Below the pieces are notes generated by a model that had not been told where the DNA came from, did not search any database, and saw only the letters and a program-made list of their open reading frames with translations. The translations under genes were made by a program, and so were the position numbers. From Gammaproteobacteria bacterium (GTDB taxonomy: Bacteria; Pseudomonadota; Gammaproteobacteria; Magnimaribacterales; Magnimaribacteraceae), in NCBI GenBank assembly GCA_045563675.1, contig JBJLIX010000001.1, positions 333,667-397,666 of the forward strand: a stretch of DNA of 64,000 nt, written 5' to 3'. This document shows positions 39,026 through 48,606 of the stretch, piece by piece. Numbering within the stretch: the stretch's first letter is position 1; each line of letters opens with the position of its first letter.

Positions 39026-39624
39026 ATAGCACCAGATCTTTTTAATCTCTTCATTAGTTCCATAGTGTCTAGATTTCGTTCATCGAGTTTTTCGGCCCCC
39101 ACTTTCGCTTCTTTCTTTTGCCTAGTTTTCTCAGTCCACTTCTTGAGATTTTCATGGGCTTCTTTATTGTCCTTTTCCATAATCTGAGCATAGTTCTTAT
39201 CTCTACAAGTAATTTCTAGGGCCAATCCATTTGGATCAAAGAAATAAATGGAATGAACAAATTCATGATTGATTGGGTCTGAAGCCCAACCAATGGTTTT
39301 ATTAAGGTGTTCTTTCCAAGTTTCTAGTTCTTCCAAAGACTCAACTTCAAAGGCAATATGCTGATCGAAACCATTGGTATATTCGAATTTTTTTTCATCT
39401 GCATCATCGGGAATATCAAAGAAAGCAACGTGATCTCCATTGCCCATCTCAAAAAATAAATGCATGTACTCCAAGGGTTCTCCGGAACCAGGGGAAGATT
39501 CAAAATCCAGTGCTGCCACGAGCTTAAAGCCCATTACATCTTCATAAAACCACCTGGTCTGCTCTGCATCTCTACAGAGAAAAGCTTGATGGTGAATATT
39601 ATTAGGTCTTTCTAGTTTTTCCAT
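39022..39624 (-). CDS. VOC (glyoxalase/extradiol dioxygenase-like) family protein
   Basis: 200 aa with metal-ligand-like IHHQAF, HIAFEV and LEITC, followed by a charged C-terminal tail. Confidence 0.7.
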   Translation of the reverse strand: MEKLERPNNIHHQAFLCRDAEQTRWFYEDVMGFKLVAALDFESSPGSGEPLEYMHLFFEMGNGDHVAFFDIPDDADEKKFEYTNGFDQHIAFEVESLEELETWKEHLNKTIGWASDPINHEFVHSIYFFDPNGLALEITCRDKNYAQIMEKDNKEAHENLKKWTEKTRQKKEAKVGAEKLDERNLDTMELMKRLKRSGAI

Positions 39625-40640
39625 TACTTACTCCAATCTCTTATAAATAATTCACTTCCACCTGTGAATTTATACAAAGTGTCAGCTGCTAGCAATACCG
39701 CAGCTGCCGTCCAGGTAGGTTTCTCTATTGGCCAAAAGGCTTTATCGGGGTAAACATAACCAGTCCAATACAGGTTGTCTTGCGGATCTTTCCATTGATG
39801 CAACCAAGAAAATATTTCTTTAGCCCTGTCTAACTTACCCATAGTAGCTAAAGCCATTACCAATTCTGAACTCTCAGCTATAGTCACCCAAGGTTCTTCC
39901 ACAACACACTTACACCCCATACCTTCAACAATAAACTCTTTTTCTCTATTCTCAAACCTTTCTTCTGCTAACCCTCCAGAAATAACTCCACACAGTATCG
40001 GGTAATACCAATCCATGCTATATCGGTCTTTGCTTTTCCAGCCTCTATCAAATCTTTCAGGGCTTTCTGTTAATGCTTTTTTTAAAGAACCCATTACCTC
40101 CTTAAGATTGCCAGTATCCTGACCCAGTAGCCCCTTTATTGCATAAAAGCATTCAAGGCTTTTATAAATAGAACTGCATCCAGTAATCAATGAGTCATCC
40201 AATCTAGATCCTTCTTCATCCAAAGCCCAAAGGATGTCGCCATGTTGGGTTTGCATTGAGATTACAAACTCCATAGCTTTATCAACCACAGGGGATTGTT
40301 CTTTTAAAAACCCTTTGTCTTCTGTAACTAAGTAATAGTGCCAAAGCCCAACGCCCAGATAAGCAGCGAAATTTGTTTCTATTCTTCTCTTAGAAGGTGA
40401 TCCTAATTTATATTCTGAAAACCAACCCCCTTCCTTTTCTTGATTTTCTTGCATCCATAGATAAGCTTTTTGGGCAGATTCAATTTCCCCGGCTATTGTA
40501 AGAGCCATTGCACTTTCTACATGATCCCAAGGGTCCAATTTGGCATCTTTTTCCCAAGAAATAGCTCCGTCTTCTGCCTGAATATCTAAAATAAAATTAA
40601 TAGAATCTTGATAATATTTAATGTTCTCTATTTCTTTCAT
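39624..40640 (-). CDS. alpha/alpha-toroid (prenyltransferase/terpene-cyclase- or GH15-like) repeat protein
   Basis: 338 aa with repeated helical-hairpin motifs that have aromatic/Gly turns (DGAISWE, EGGWFSEY, HGDILWAL, NLYWTGY). The family assignment is from pattern only. Confidence 0.5.
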   Translation of the reverse strand: MKEIENIKYYQDSINFILDIQAEDGAISWEKDAKLDPWDHVESAMALTIAGEIESAQKAYLWMQENQEKEGGWFSEYKLGSPSKRRIETNFAAYLGVGLWHYYLVTEDKGFLKEQSPVVDKAMEFVISMQTQHGDILWALDEEGSRLDDSLITGCSSIYKSLECFYAIKGLLGQDTGNLKEVMGSLKKALTESPERFDRGWKSKDRYSMDWYYPILCGVISGGLAEERFENREKEFIVEGMGCKCVVEEPWVTIAESSELVMALATMGKLDRAKEIFSWLHQWKDPQDNLYWTGYVYPDKAFWPIEKPTWTAAAVLLAADTLYKFTGGSELFIRDWSK

Positions 40641-41347
40641 TTATCTTTAATAAAATACATCACCAAACTCTTTCCTATGAATGGTTTCAACAATAATTCT
40701 AAAACCCTTGTTAATAAGGGTTTTTTCATTAAATCCCACACTAAAAATTCATGGTATTTCTTTACTAGCCAATGATCTTCCTCCCTGTCCCAATAGAGAC
40801 ATTTTAGCCACCAGTAAGGAGAATGCAGACCGTGAGCCCAATGAAAGGATTTATAACCAACTTTTTCTTTAAGGATTAAATGTCTTAGTTGTTTTTGTTT
40901 AAAAATTCTTACATGACCTCCGGGGGTCTTAGAATAGCCTGGACTCAATTTCCAACAAATAAGTTCAGGTAAATATCTAGGTACACTAACAGCTAAGATT
41001 CCTCCGGGTTTAAGCACGCGAACGATCTCCGAAACGGCTGAATCCAAAGTATCTAAATGTTCTAAAACTTCAGAACATATAACAGCATCAAAGAGATTAT
41101 CTTCAAAAGGTAATTCATGAATACTTCCAGCCCCAAAAAGACAAGAAGAAGTATTGTTTTCAGAAATAGAAAAGTCATTTATTCTGCTTTTTGCAGTTTG
41201 CATATCCTCTATTGAAAGATCCATTCCAATTGCATTAATTTCTTTATCTACATGCAAACCAATAGCGTGCCTTCCCTCTCCACACCCTATATCTAAAACC
41301 AAGTCACTTGGATTGGTATTTAATTTATTAAAGTCTATTGTTTGCAT
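40637..41347 (-). CDS. class I SAM-dependent methyltransferase
   Basis: 236 aa with VLDIGCGEGRH (motif I), DAVICSEVLEH and LKPGGILAV. Confidence 0.85.
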   Translation of the reverse strand: MQTIDFNKLNTNPSDLVLDIGCGEGRHAIGLHVDKEINAIGMDLSIEDMQTAKSRINDFSISENNTSSCLFGAGSIHELPFEDNLFDAVICSEVLEHLDTLDSAVSEIVRVLKPGGILAVSVPRYLPELICWKLSPGYSKTPGGHVRIFKQKQLRHLILKEKVGYKSFHWAHGLHSPYWWLKCLYWDREEDHWLVKKYHEFLVWDLMKKPLLTRVLELLLKPFIGKSLVMYFIKDK

Positions 41348-42588
41348 TACAAATTATTTTTAGATGACTCAATTGCTTTGGTATAGATATCAACATAGCC
41401 TTCTGCAGCTTTCATCCAATTGAATTCCTTTTCCATTCTTTCTCTGCCTAGCCTGGATAACTCTATCTGTTTTTCTTTATCAATAAAAAGCTCTTTTACG
41501 GCTTGCGCTATGGCCTTAGAAGAACCCGCTTCTATTATTACAGCATCTTCACCTATTACCTCTTTTAATCCTCCAGATTGGGTTGAGATTAGAGGTAGGC
41601 CGCAAGCCATAGCTTCTCCCGCTCCAAAACCAAATCCTTCATATAGAGAAGGAATAACGCTGATATGTGACGAACAGTACAAGGAAACTACTTCTTGTTG
41701 TGTTAATCCTGAATGGAAGGAAACTTTATCTTCCAACTTAAGTTTTGAAATTTGATTCTTTATTTCACCATCTTCTTTTGCCTTCCCTATTACAACTAAA
41801 TGGGCTTTATTAAATTTTTCTACGATTTCATTCATTGCCTCTATTAAAAACCTTAAACCTTTTAAAGGAACATCTGCACTCGCTGTAGTGATAATTCTGT
41901 ATGGTATTGCACTTATATTTTCATTTTTTCTAAACCCTTGAAGATCAATTCCATTGAGAACAACATCAAGATTTTCTTCTTTCACTTTGAACTCTTGAAT
42001 AACATCATTTTTAGATTGATTAGAGGGGCAAATAATATTATTTAACTTAGGAGCTACCTTTTTTTGCATCTTTAGAAATGAATGCCACCTATTAGTAGAC
42101 AATCTATCTTTCCAGTTCTTGGCTGCTTCTAACTCCAGTCTATGATCTCTCGTTATAGGGTGATGAATAGTGGTAACCAAAGGAAAATCCTTTTGAATAT
42201 TGATTAATGAATAACAAAGAGATTGATTGTCATGGATAACGTCATAATTACTTCCCTCGCTTCTTAGAAACCTCTCAACTCGTTTACCAAAAGCAAAAGG
42301 TTCTGGGAATCCACCAGATAAAACGCCTGCCCATTCAATAAAATTTGCAGAATCAGATAAGAACTTTAATCTAAAAGACTTTAATCTCTCGCCGTCTTCT
42401 AATTCGAAAAGATTTAAACTTGGTATCTTAATTAAATTAACTGAATCAGATAATTCTGGGTAAGGAGGCCCTGAAATGACATCAACATCGTGGCCCAATT
42501 TTGCCAAGGCATGGCTTAAGTGTTTTACATAAATGCCTTGTCCTCCTGAAAAGGGGTTACTTCTATAGCTCAGCAAACCAATCTTCAT
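41347..42588 (-). CDS. glycosyltransferase family 4 (GT-B)
   Basis: 413 aa with N-terminal GGQGIYV and C-terminal EGFGFGAGEAMACGLP (E-x7-E type). Confidence 0.85.
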   Translation of the reverse strand: MKIGLLSYRSNPFSGGQGIYVKHLSHALAKLGHDVDVISGPPYPELSDSVNLIKIPSLNLFELEDGERLKSFRLKFLSDSANFIEWAGVLSGGFPEPFAFGKRVERFLRSEGSNYDVIHDNQSLCYSLINIQKDFPLVTTIHHPITRDHRLELEAAKNWKDRLSTNRWHSFLKMQKKVAPKLNNIICPSNQSKNDVIQEFKVKEENLDVVLNGIDLQGFRKNENISAIPYRIITTASADVPLKGLRFLIEAMNEIVEKFNKAHLVVIGKAKEDGEIKNQISKLKLEDKVSFHSGLTQQEVVSLYCSSHISVIPSLYEGFGFGAGEAMACGLPLISTQSGGLKEVIGEDAVIIEAGSSKAIAQAVKELFIDKEKQIELSRLGRERMEKEFNWMKAAEGYVDIYTKAIESSKNNL

Positions 42589-42594
42589 CTGGAG

Positions 42595-44088
42595 TTAGAA
42601 CCTCTTAAGCAAAGACTGATTAATTTTTGTGTTATTTTTGAAGCTTTTTAATATGCGTTTTTTATCTTTAGATAACTTCCTTTCTAAAAGGAAAGGAACA
42701 TAACTTCTCTTACAAACGTCTAAATCCGAAGCTATGAGAGATCCACTTTCAATAAAAAAATTAGGGCTCTTTGCATCTCCGTGACTAAATCCAATCCATC
42801 TCAATCTCTTAACGAAAGATGCCATCCTATTAACTATCTTATTTTCTAAATCTTCTGTTAAGTCAACCGCATCTAATCTTTGTCCTTGTTGTTTTAGGGT
42901 TATTAAATAGGACTCTTTAGTTGTAAAGGCATCATGGTTTTCAATTAATGCTATAGGCTGAATTGTTTTTATGCCAACAGTGTTTAGCCAAAAAGTTGCT
43001 TTCCAGGCTGTTTTAGCTCTACTTTGGCTAAAAAACTTTCTTATATAGTGCAACGTACCTTTAACTTGAAACTTTTTGATATAAATAGAGATATTCTTTA
43101 AATCTAATGAAACTATATGGTTGCCCTCTTCCAATTTGATCTCCTTACCTTTAGACATACAACTGTCAGGACTAGAAAGAATTTCTAATAGATCATCATT
43201 TAGGAATTGTTTCTTAATAATCCACCTAGAGTCTTTTTCCTTTCCTTTTTCAAACTCTGAGTGAGAATTATCTTCATTACTTGAGTCTATATTCAAATCT
43301 TTAAGTATAGGTTTCATGTACATTGAGAAGGCCCTTTTTCTGGATAAATTTATAAAAGACCTTTGTTCTTTAAAAATTTCCCTGAGAGGTAAATTAAAAT
43401 AATTTCTTAAAAATCTATAGCAGTCTGTCTCAGTCAACCCAATATCCATAGCTGAATGAAATAAACCGCCTATGTCTTTTGTAGACCAGCGCAATGGAAC
43501 ACTACTCCTTACTTGAGCTCTATGAAGGTCAATTAGAAAGATGTTATCTATTGAAAAATCTAAGTCTTTTCTTACATGGAAGTGGCACAAATAGAAATCC
43601 TTATGATTAATTCCATTTCCATGAAGTCTTCTCGATATGAGTGCAATATTTTTCAACAATTCTCTTTTTTTCGCTAAGGAGAGTGTAATTTTTTCTTTTA
43701 AAAGAAGATCTTCTAAAGACAGTGTTTCGTTAAGAGACTTGGTTATTATGAAAGAGTACTTTCTTGAGGGATTGATGCCCTTGGAATAGTAGGCGAGAGG
43801 TTCAGGGCAATTGATTCCGCAGGATTTTAATTTGTTAAGAGCATCCCATTCTTGTTTAGCACCCAAAACTGGTTTCTTAAACTGAATAATATTTTTAAAG
43901 ATCTCTTTCCAACCAACCCCTTTATGGTATTTAACAAAATAACTTTCATTATTAAAAATAAATTCTTTAGTAGTACGATTCGCATATTTTCTATAAATAT
44001 TTCCTTCTAATCCCTGCACTATCTCAAATGGGCTTTCCCCAGAGAAAAGAGGCCGAAGAGATTCTTCTATAAGAACTAACTTAGCCAT
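42595..44088 (-). CDS. waaP: fused LPS core kinases: WaaP (heptose I kinase) plus a second Kdo/WaaP-family kinase domain
   Basis: 497 aa. Residues about 1-260 are collinear with E. coli WaaP (YFVKYH, PVLGAKQEWDA, INHKDFYLCHF, IDLHRAQ, RWSTKDIGGL). The C-terminal roughly 230 aa carry a second kinase core (FSHGDAKSPNFF...ASDLD). Confidence 0.85.
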   Translation of the reverse strand: MAKLVLIEESLRPLFSGESPFEIVQGLEGNIYRKYANRTTKEFIFNNESYFVKYHKGVGWKEIFKNIIQFKKPVLGAKQEWDALNKLKSCGINCPEPLAYYSKGINPSRKYSFIITKSLNETLSLEDLLLKEKITLSLAKKRELLKNIALISRRLHGNGINHKDFYLCHFHVRKDLDFSIDNIFLIDLHRAQVRSSVPLRWSTKDIGGLFHSAMDIGLTETDCYRFLRNYFNLPLREIFKEQRSFINLSRKRAFSMYMKPILKDLNIDSSNEDNSHSEFEKGKEKDSRWIIKKQFLNDDLLEILSSPDSCMSKGKEIKLEEGNHIVSLDLKNISIYIKKFQVKGTLHYIRKFFSQSRAKTAWKATFWLNTVGIKTIQPIALIENHDAFTTKESYLITLKQQGQRLDAVDLTEDLENKIVNRMASFVKRLRWIGFSHGDAKSPNFFIESGSLIASDLDVCKRSYVPFLLERKLSKDKKRILKSFKNNTKINQSLLKRF

Positions 44089-45193
44089 CTAGCTCCTTTT
44101 GGATAAAATCTCCAATAAAGTCGAACCTTGAAAAAAATAGATCATTATTTCTTAATCCAACAAGATTATTTCTATAAAGATCAAGCTCATCACTCATTTT
44201 CAATAAAAAGTTATTAAGTTCTTCTTGGCTGAAAGGATTGGAGGTAATCAAACCCGCGCCATAATCCTTCACATAACTTGAAAAACCAACCTCTTCACAG
44301 GTAAGTACCGGCAGTTCACTGATCATTGCTTCAATTATCACATTACCTGCTGCCTCTTCTCTTGCAGGGTGAATAAGTAAGTCACTGGATGCCATAATTT
44401 TAGGAACATCATCTCTCGGGCCTAAGAAGTATACATTTTTATCTACTTTTAAATTTTTGGCCAATCGTAAATAAGGATTGTGATCATCTTCACCAATGAC
44501 TGCCAAATAAACATTTTGTTTCTCTAATTTTTGGCTATAAGCAATGGCTTTAATGGCTCGGTCTAATCCTTTTCTTTGAAAACTAGAACCTACAAAAAGC
44601 AATAAAAGATCAGAATCATTGATATTTAATTCTTTTTTAATACTAGTCACTTCTGCTTGTTTCTTCCAAGCATGAGACAAGCCCGGGGGAATAATAGTTA
44701 GTCTGGATTTATCAGTCCGGTACTCAAGGGAATACTCCTCTTCTTGCTTTTTATTTAAAAGAAGAGATTTAGTTTTACTGTCTATTCCAAAAACCTTTCT
44801 CTCGTAATCAATAAATGCTTTATATCTAGGAGTAAATTTATATAAAGGATTTTTTGATTTAGAGAAAAATTTAAAACATGTATCTGCTGCTAAATATATA
44901 TCTAATTCTGGCATCTTATTAAAACCAAACACTAAGTCAGGCTTTATCTTTTCTAGTTCTTTTTTAGCTTGTTTATAAAATTCTTTATTCTTTGAATGAT
45001 TACTGAAGCCTCTCACATTCAATTCTTTTACTTCCATGCCTTCGGGTATCGGACCTTCCCAACTCCCGGTTAAAATCTTTATATCGATATCTCTTTTTAG
45101 AAAATTTTTAGCTACCTCTAAAAAATCCCTTTGCAGTCCTCCATAAGGAAAATACTTAAATATTAATAATGCTAATGTTTTCTTTGCCTTCAC
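44081..45193 (-). CDS. waaG: LPS core alpha-1,3-glucosyltransferase-like glycosyltransferase
   Basis: 370 aa, collinear with E. coli WaaG (KYFPYGGLQRDF, SWEG, GFNKMP.LD.Y.AAD, HPA.EEAAG). Confidence 0.85.
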   Translation of the reverse strand: MKAKKTLALLIFKYFPYGGLQRDFLEVAKNFLKRDIDIKILTGSWEGPIPEGMEVKELNVRGFSNHSKNKEFYKQAKKELEKIKPDLVFGFNKMPELDIYLAADTCFKFFSKSKNPLYKFTPRYKAFIDYERKVFGIDSKTKSLLLNKKQEEEYSLEYRTDKSRLTIIPPGLSHAWKKQAEVTSIKKELNINDSDLLLLFVGSSFQRKGLDRAIKAIAYSQKLEKQNVYLAVIGEDDHNPYLRLAKNLKVDKNVYFLGPRDDVPKIMASSDLLIHPAREEAAGNVIIEAMISELPVLTCEEVGFSSYVKDYGAGLITSNPFSQEELNNFLLKMSDELDLYRNNLVGLRNNDLFFSRFDFIGDFIQKELDG

Positions 45194-45197
45194 TTTT

Positions 45198-46211
45198 TTA
45201 ATAAGGAGCTAATTTATCAAGTTCACTGATAACTTCTTGAGGACTAATATCTATTAAGCTTTGGTGATAGCCCTTTGGACCAGTGCCCTCTCTTACTTTG
45301 CTGTACCCTTCTGCTTTCCTTATAACTTTACAGTTTTTACTTAGTGGAGGAGTAAAGTCTGGAGATGAAGGTCCAAATAAAGCTACTAGATTAATATCAA
45401 CAGCTGCAGCTATATGCATAAGGCCTGAATCATTACTTACAGCTAGTTTTGAAATAGATAGAAGATCGACCACATCCACTAGACTGGTTTTTCCTATCAG
45501 GTTGATAATCCCAGAACTTGGATTTAAATAACTTTCAATATCTGCGCCTACCTCAACATCGTTTGGAGAACCTAAAATTAAAATTTGCCAATTTCTTGAT
45601 GAATATTGATTAGCTATATCGGCATAATTTTTAGCTGGCCACCTTTTAGAAGGACCAAACTCTGCTCCAGGACACAATGAGATTGTAGGTTTATCTAAAT
45701 CAAGAATTCCTTGTTTAAGTAAATTATTTAAATTTTTATCGTCTACTTTGAGACTAGGATAAGGTATATCCAGAGGAAGTTTTTCTGAGGGTTCCAAACC
45801 TAAGGCAATAAATCTATCTACCATTCTAGGATATCTTTGCTTATTCAATTTTCTAATATCATTTAAGAAGAGATACCTCATTTCCCCTCTCCATCCAGTT
45901 CTGATAGGTATGTTGGCAAAAAAAGGAACGAAAGATGCTTTTAGCGAATTGGGCAAGACAATGCATCGGTCGTATTTATTCTCAAGGTCTTTGCCTAAAC
46001 TGAACCTTTCTTTAAATTTCAATTCACCACGCTTGAAGGGCAATACAAAGGTTTTTGACACCTCTTTCATTCTTTTAAAGATATCTATTGTCCACTCAGG
46101 AGCTAGGACATGTATTTCTGCATCATCTAAATTTGAATGGATTGTCTTAAGAAGACTTTGAGAAATAACTGAATCTCCAACCCAAGAAGGTCCTATTATC
46201 AATATTCTCAT
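45198..46211 (-). CDS. waaF: ADP-heptose:LPS heptosyltransferase II
   Basis: 337 aa, collinear with E. coli WaaF (ILIIGPSWVGD, TGWRGEMRY, CPGAEFGPSKRWP, NDSGLMH, GPSSPDFTPPLS, GYHQSLIDI). Confidence 0.9.
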   Translation of the reverse strand: MRILIIGPSWVGDSVISQSLLKTIHSNLDDAEIHVLAPEWTIDIFKRMKEVSKTFVLPFKRGELKFKERFSLGKDLENKYDRCIVLPNSLKASFVPFFANIPIRTGWRGEMRYLFLNDIRKLNKQRYPRMVDRFIALGLEPSEKLPLDIPYPSLKVDDKNLNNLLKQGILDLDKPTISLCPGAEFGPSKRWPAKNYADIANQYSSRNWQILILGSPNDVEVGADIESYLNPSSGIINLIGKTSLVDVVDLLSISKLAVSNDSGLMHIAAAVDINLVALFGPSSPDFTPPLSKNCKVIRKAEGYSKVREGTGPKGYHQSLIDISPQEVISELDKLAPY

Positions 46212-46221
46212 TTTCCTGAAA

Positions 46222-47145
46222 CTAGCTATCTACTGGTGTGTGCCAATCTTTATTTTCAGATCTTTTGCCTCTTACTTGATCTAGATAAGCCTTTTGTAAT
46301 TTTTCTGTTACTGGACCTCTCTTGCCATCAGAAATACTTCTTTTATCTAAGGCGTTTATAGGCACTACTTCTGCCGCAGTTCCGGTAAAAAAAGCTTCAT
46401 CACTTTCAAAAACTTCGTCTAATTGGATTTTTCTTTCTTCGAATTCAATATCCAATTCTTTAGCTAAACTAATAATAGTTCTGCGTGTTATTCCATCTAA
46501 GCATGCATCTAAATCTGGACTAATTAGCTTATTATCTTTAACCATAAAGAAGTTCTCTCCACTTCCTTCAGCTACAAAGCCTTCTGAGTCAAGCATAAGA
46601 GTTTCCTCAAAGCCTTCTTCTAGGGCTTCATTTAGTGCTACTGTCGATTGGACATAATTGCCATTTATTTTTGCATTAAGCACTTCGTTTCTGGTTTGCC
46701 TTTTAAAAGAAGATACTTTCACGCCAATACCTTTTTCCATAGCTTCTGGATCCATATAAGAAGGCCATTCCCAGGCAGCTACGATCGTATGTATGCTGAG
46801 GTTATCAAACCTTATACCTAAACCTTCGGATCCGAAGAAACACATTGGCCTTATATAAGATTCTTTTAAACCATTTAGTGAAACTACTTTCTTCTGAGCT
46901 TCATTAAGATCTTGAGCAGAATAAGGAATATTCATTTTAATGGTTTCTGCAGACTTAAAGAGTCTTTCAGTATGATCATGCAAACGGAATATGCAGGTTC
47001 CATTAGGAGTGGAATAAGCCCTAACTCCCTCAAAAACACCCAAGCCATAGTGCAGGGTATAAGTTAATACATGTGTTTTGGCTTCCTTCCAATCAACAAT
47101 ATTTCCGTCAAACCAGATATAACCATCTAATTCAGATAAGTTCAT
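46222..47145 (-). CDS. ilvE: branched-chain amino acid aminotransferase
   Basis: 307 aa, fold-type IV PLP enzyme (GVFEGVRAY, EGSGENFF, GITR). Confidence 0.9.
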   Translation of the reverse strand: MNLSELDGYIWFDGNIVDWKEAKTHVLTYTLHYGLGVFEGVRAYSTPNGTCIFRLHDHTERLFKSAETIKMNIPYSAQDLNEAQKKVVSLNGLKESYIRPMCFFGSEGLGIRFDNLSIHTIVAAWEWPSYMDPEAMEKGIGVKVSSFKRQTRNEVLNAKINGNYVQSTVALNEALEEGFEETLMLDSEGFVAEGSGENFFMVKDNKLISPDLDACLDGITRRTIISLAKELDIEFEERKIQLDEVFESDEAFFTGTAAEVVPINALDKRSISDGKRGPVTEKLQKAYLDQVRGKRSENKDWHTPVDS

Positions 47146-47223
47146 TATTCTCTCTTTTTAAATGCTTAATCTTTTATTATCTCATGTTAAAAGGCTTCAA
47201 AACTATATAATGACGACTTTTTA

Positions 47224-48606
47224 ATGACTTTTGGAATGAATATTAACGACAATATCTTTAGAGCTTACGACATTAGAGGTAAGGCTTACGAGGAACTGAC
47301 TTCTGAAATTGTGAACTTAATAGGTCAAGCACTTGGAAGTAAATCGTTAGAGCAAGGCCAAAATTACCTTGTTGTAGGTAGAGATGGCAGAAACTCAAGT
47401 CCGGACATGCTTGAATGGCTAACTTCTGGTATCAATTCCTCAGGCTGTAATGTTATTAATATCGGCATTGTTCCTACCCCAATGCTATATTTTGCAACTC
47501 ATACCCTTTCCGCTTCAAACGGCGTCATGATAACCGGAAGTCATAACCCTAAAGACTATAACGGATTCAAAATTGTTGAAAACAAAAGAAGCTTATCTGG
47601 AGATGCCATTCAGGATTTAAAGAAAAAAATACTACAAAAAGATTTCCAAACGGGAAATGGTAAAAAAGAAGAAATAGATATAAAAGAAGAATATATTAAA
47701 TCCATTTTGGAAAATACCAACATAGTTCGTCCTTTAAAAATTGCTATAGATTGTGGAAATGGAGCAGCTAGTGTAATTGCAAAAGAAGTTTATGAACGTT
47801 TAGGCTGTAAAGTTGATGCGTTATATGGCGAGTTAGATGGTAATTTTCCTAATCACCACCCTGATCCCTCTAACCCAAAGAACTTAGTAGACCTTTCAAA
47901 AATAGTCTCAAGTAATAATCTTGAAATAGGACTGGCCTTTGATGGAGATGCAGATAGGTTGGGAGTGGTGTCTAGCGATGGAAAAATAATATTTCCTGAT
48001 AAACAAATGATATTGTTTTCTAGATCTATTCTAAAAGAACATAAACAAGGTGGAATAGTATTCGATGTAAAGTGCTCAAAGCTTTTGTCTGATGAAATAA
48101 AAAAAATTGGTGGTACTCCCATTATGTCAAAAACAGGTCATTCCTTTATAAAAGAATGTATTAATGAAAAAGGCGCTTTGCTTGGAGGTGAAATGAGCGG
48201 TCATATCTTTTTTAATGACAGATGGCCAGGGTTCGATGATGGCATTTATGCAGGAGCAAGAATGTTAGAAATTCTCTCACAACAAAAAGAAGGGGGAAAT
48301 ATTTTCAGTGATTTACCTGAACTCTTCTCCACTAATGAAATTAACATTAAAACAAGTGATGAAGAGAAATTTCAAATTGTTAAAGATTTTATAGAAAAAG
48401 CTAATTATGAAGGTTCTAACTCAATTCTTATAGATGGTATTAGAGTAGAATTTGAATATGGCTGGGGACTCCTAAGGGCTTCAAATACTAGTCCCAATCT
48501 GGTTTTAAGGTTTGAAGCAGACTCACCTAAAAATTTAGAAGCTCTCCAAAAATTGTTCCAAAAGACTCTAAAAGAAGTAAACCCAAAATTAGAAGATTTT
48601 ACGTAA
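47224..48606 (+). CDS. algC: phosphomannomutase/phosphoglucomutase
   Basis: 460 aa with the catalytic loop TGSHNP, metal loop FDGDADR, and GEMSGH. It sits next to argB as in Pseudomonas. Confidence 0.9.
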   Translation: MTFGMNINDNIFRAYDIRGKAYEELTSEIVNLIGQALGSKSLEQGQNYLVVGRDGRNSSPDMLEWLTSGINSSGCNVINIGIVPTPMLYFATHTLSASNGVMITGSHNPKDYNGFKIVENKRSLSGDAIQDLKKKILQKDFQTGNGKKEEIDIKEEYIKSILENTNIVRPLKIAIDCGNGAASVIAKEVYERLGCKVDALYGELDGNFPNHHPDPSNPKNLVDLSKIVSSNNLEIGLAFDGDADRLGVVSSDGKIIFPDKQMILFSRSILKEHKQGGIVFDVKCSKLLSDEIKKIGGTPIMSKTGHSFIKECINEKGALLGGEMSGHIFFNDRWPGFDDGIYAGARMLEILSQQKEGGNIFSDLPELFSTNEINIKTSDEEKFQIVKDFIEKANYEGSNSILIDGIRVEFEYGWGLLRASNTSPNLVLRFEADSPKNLEALQKLFQKTLKEVNPKLEDFT

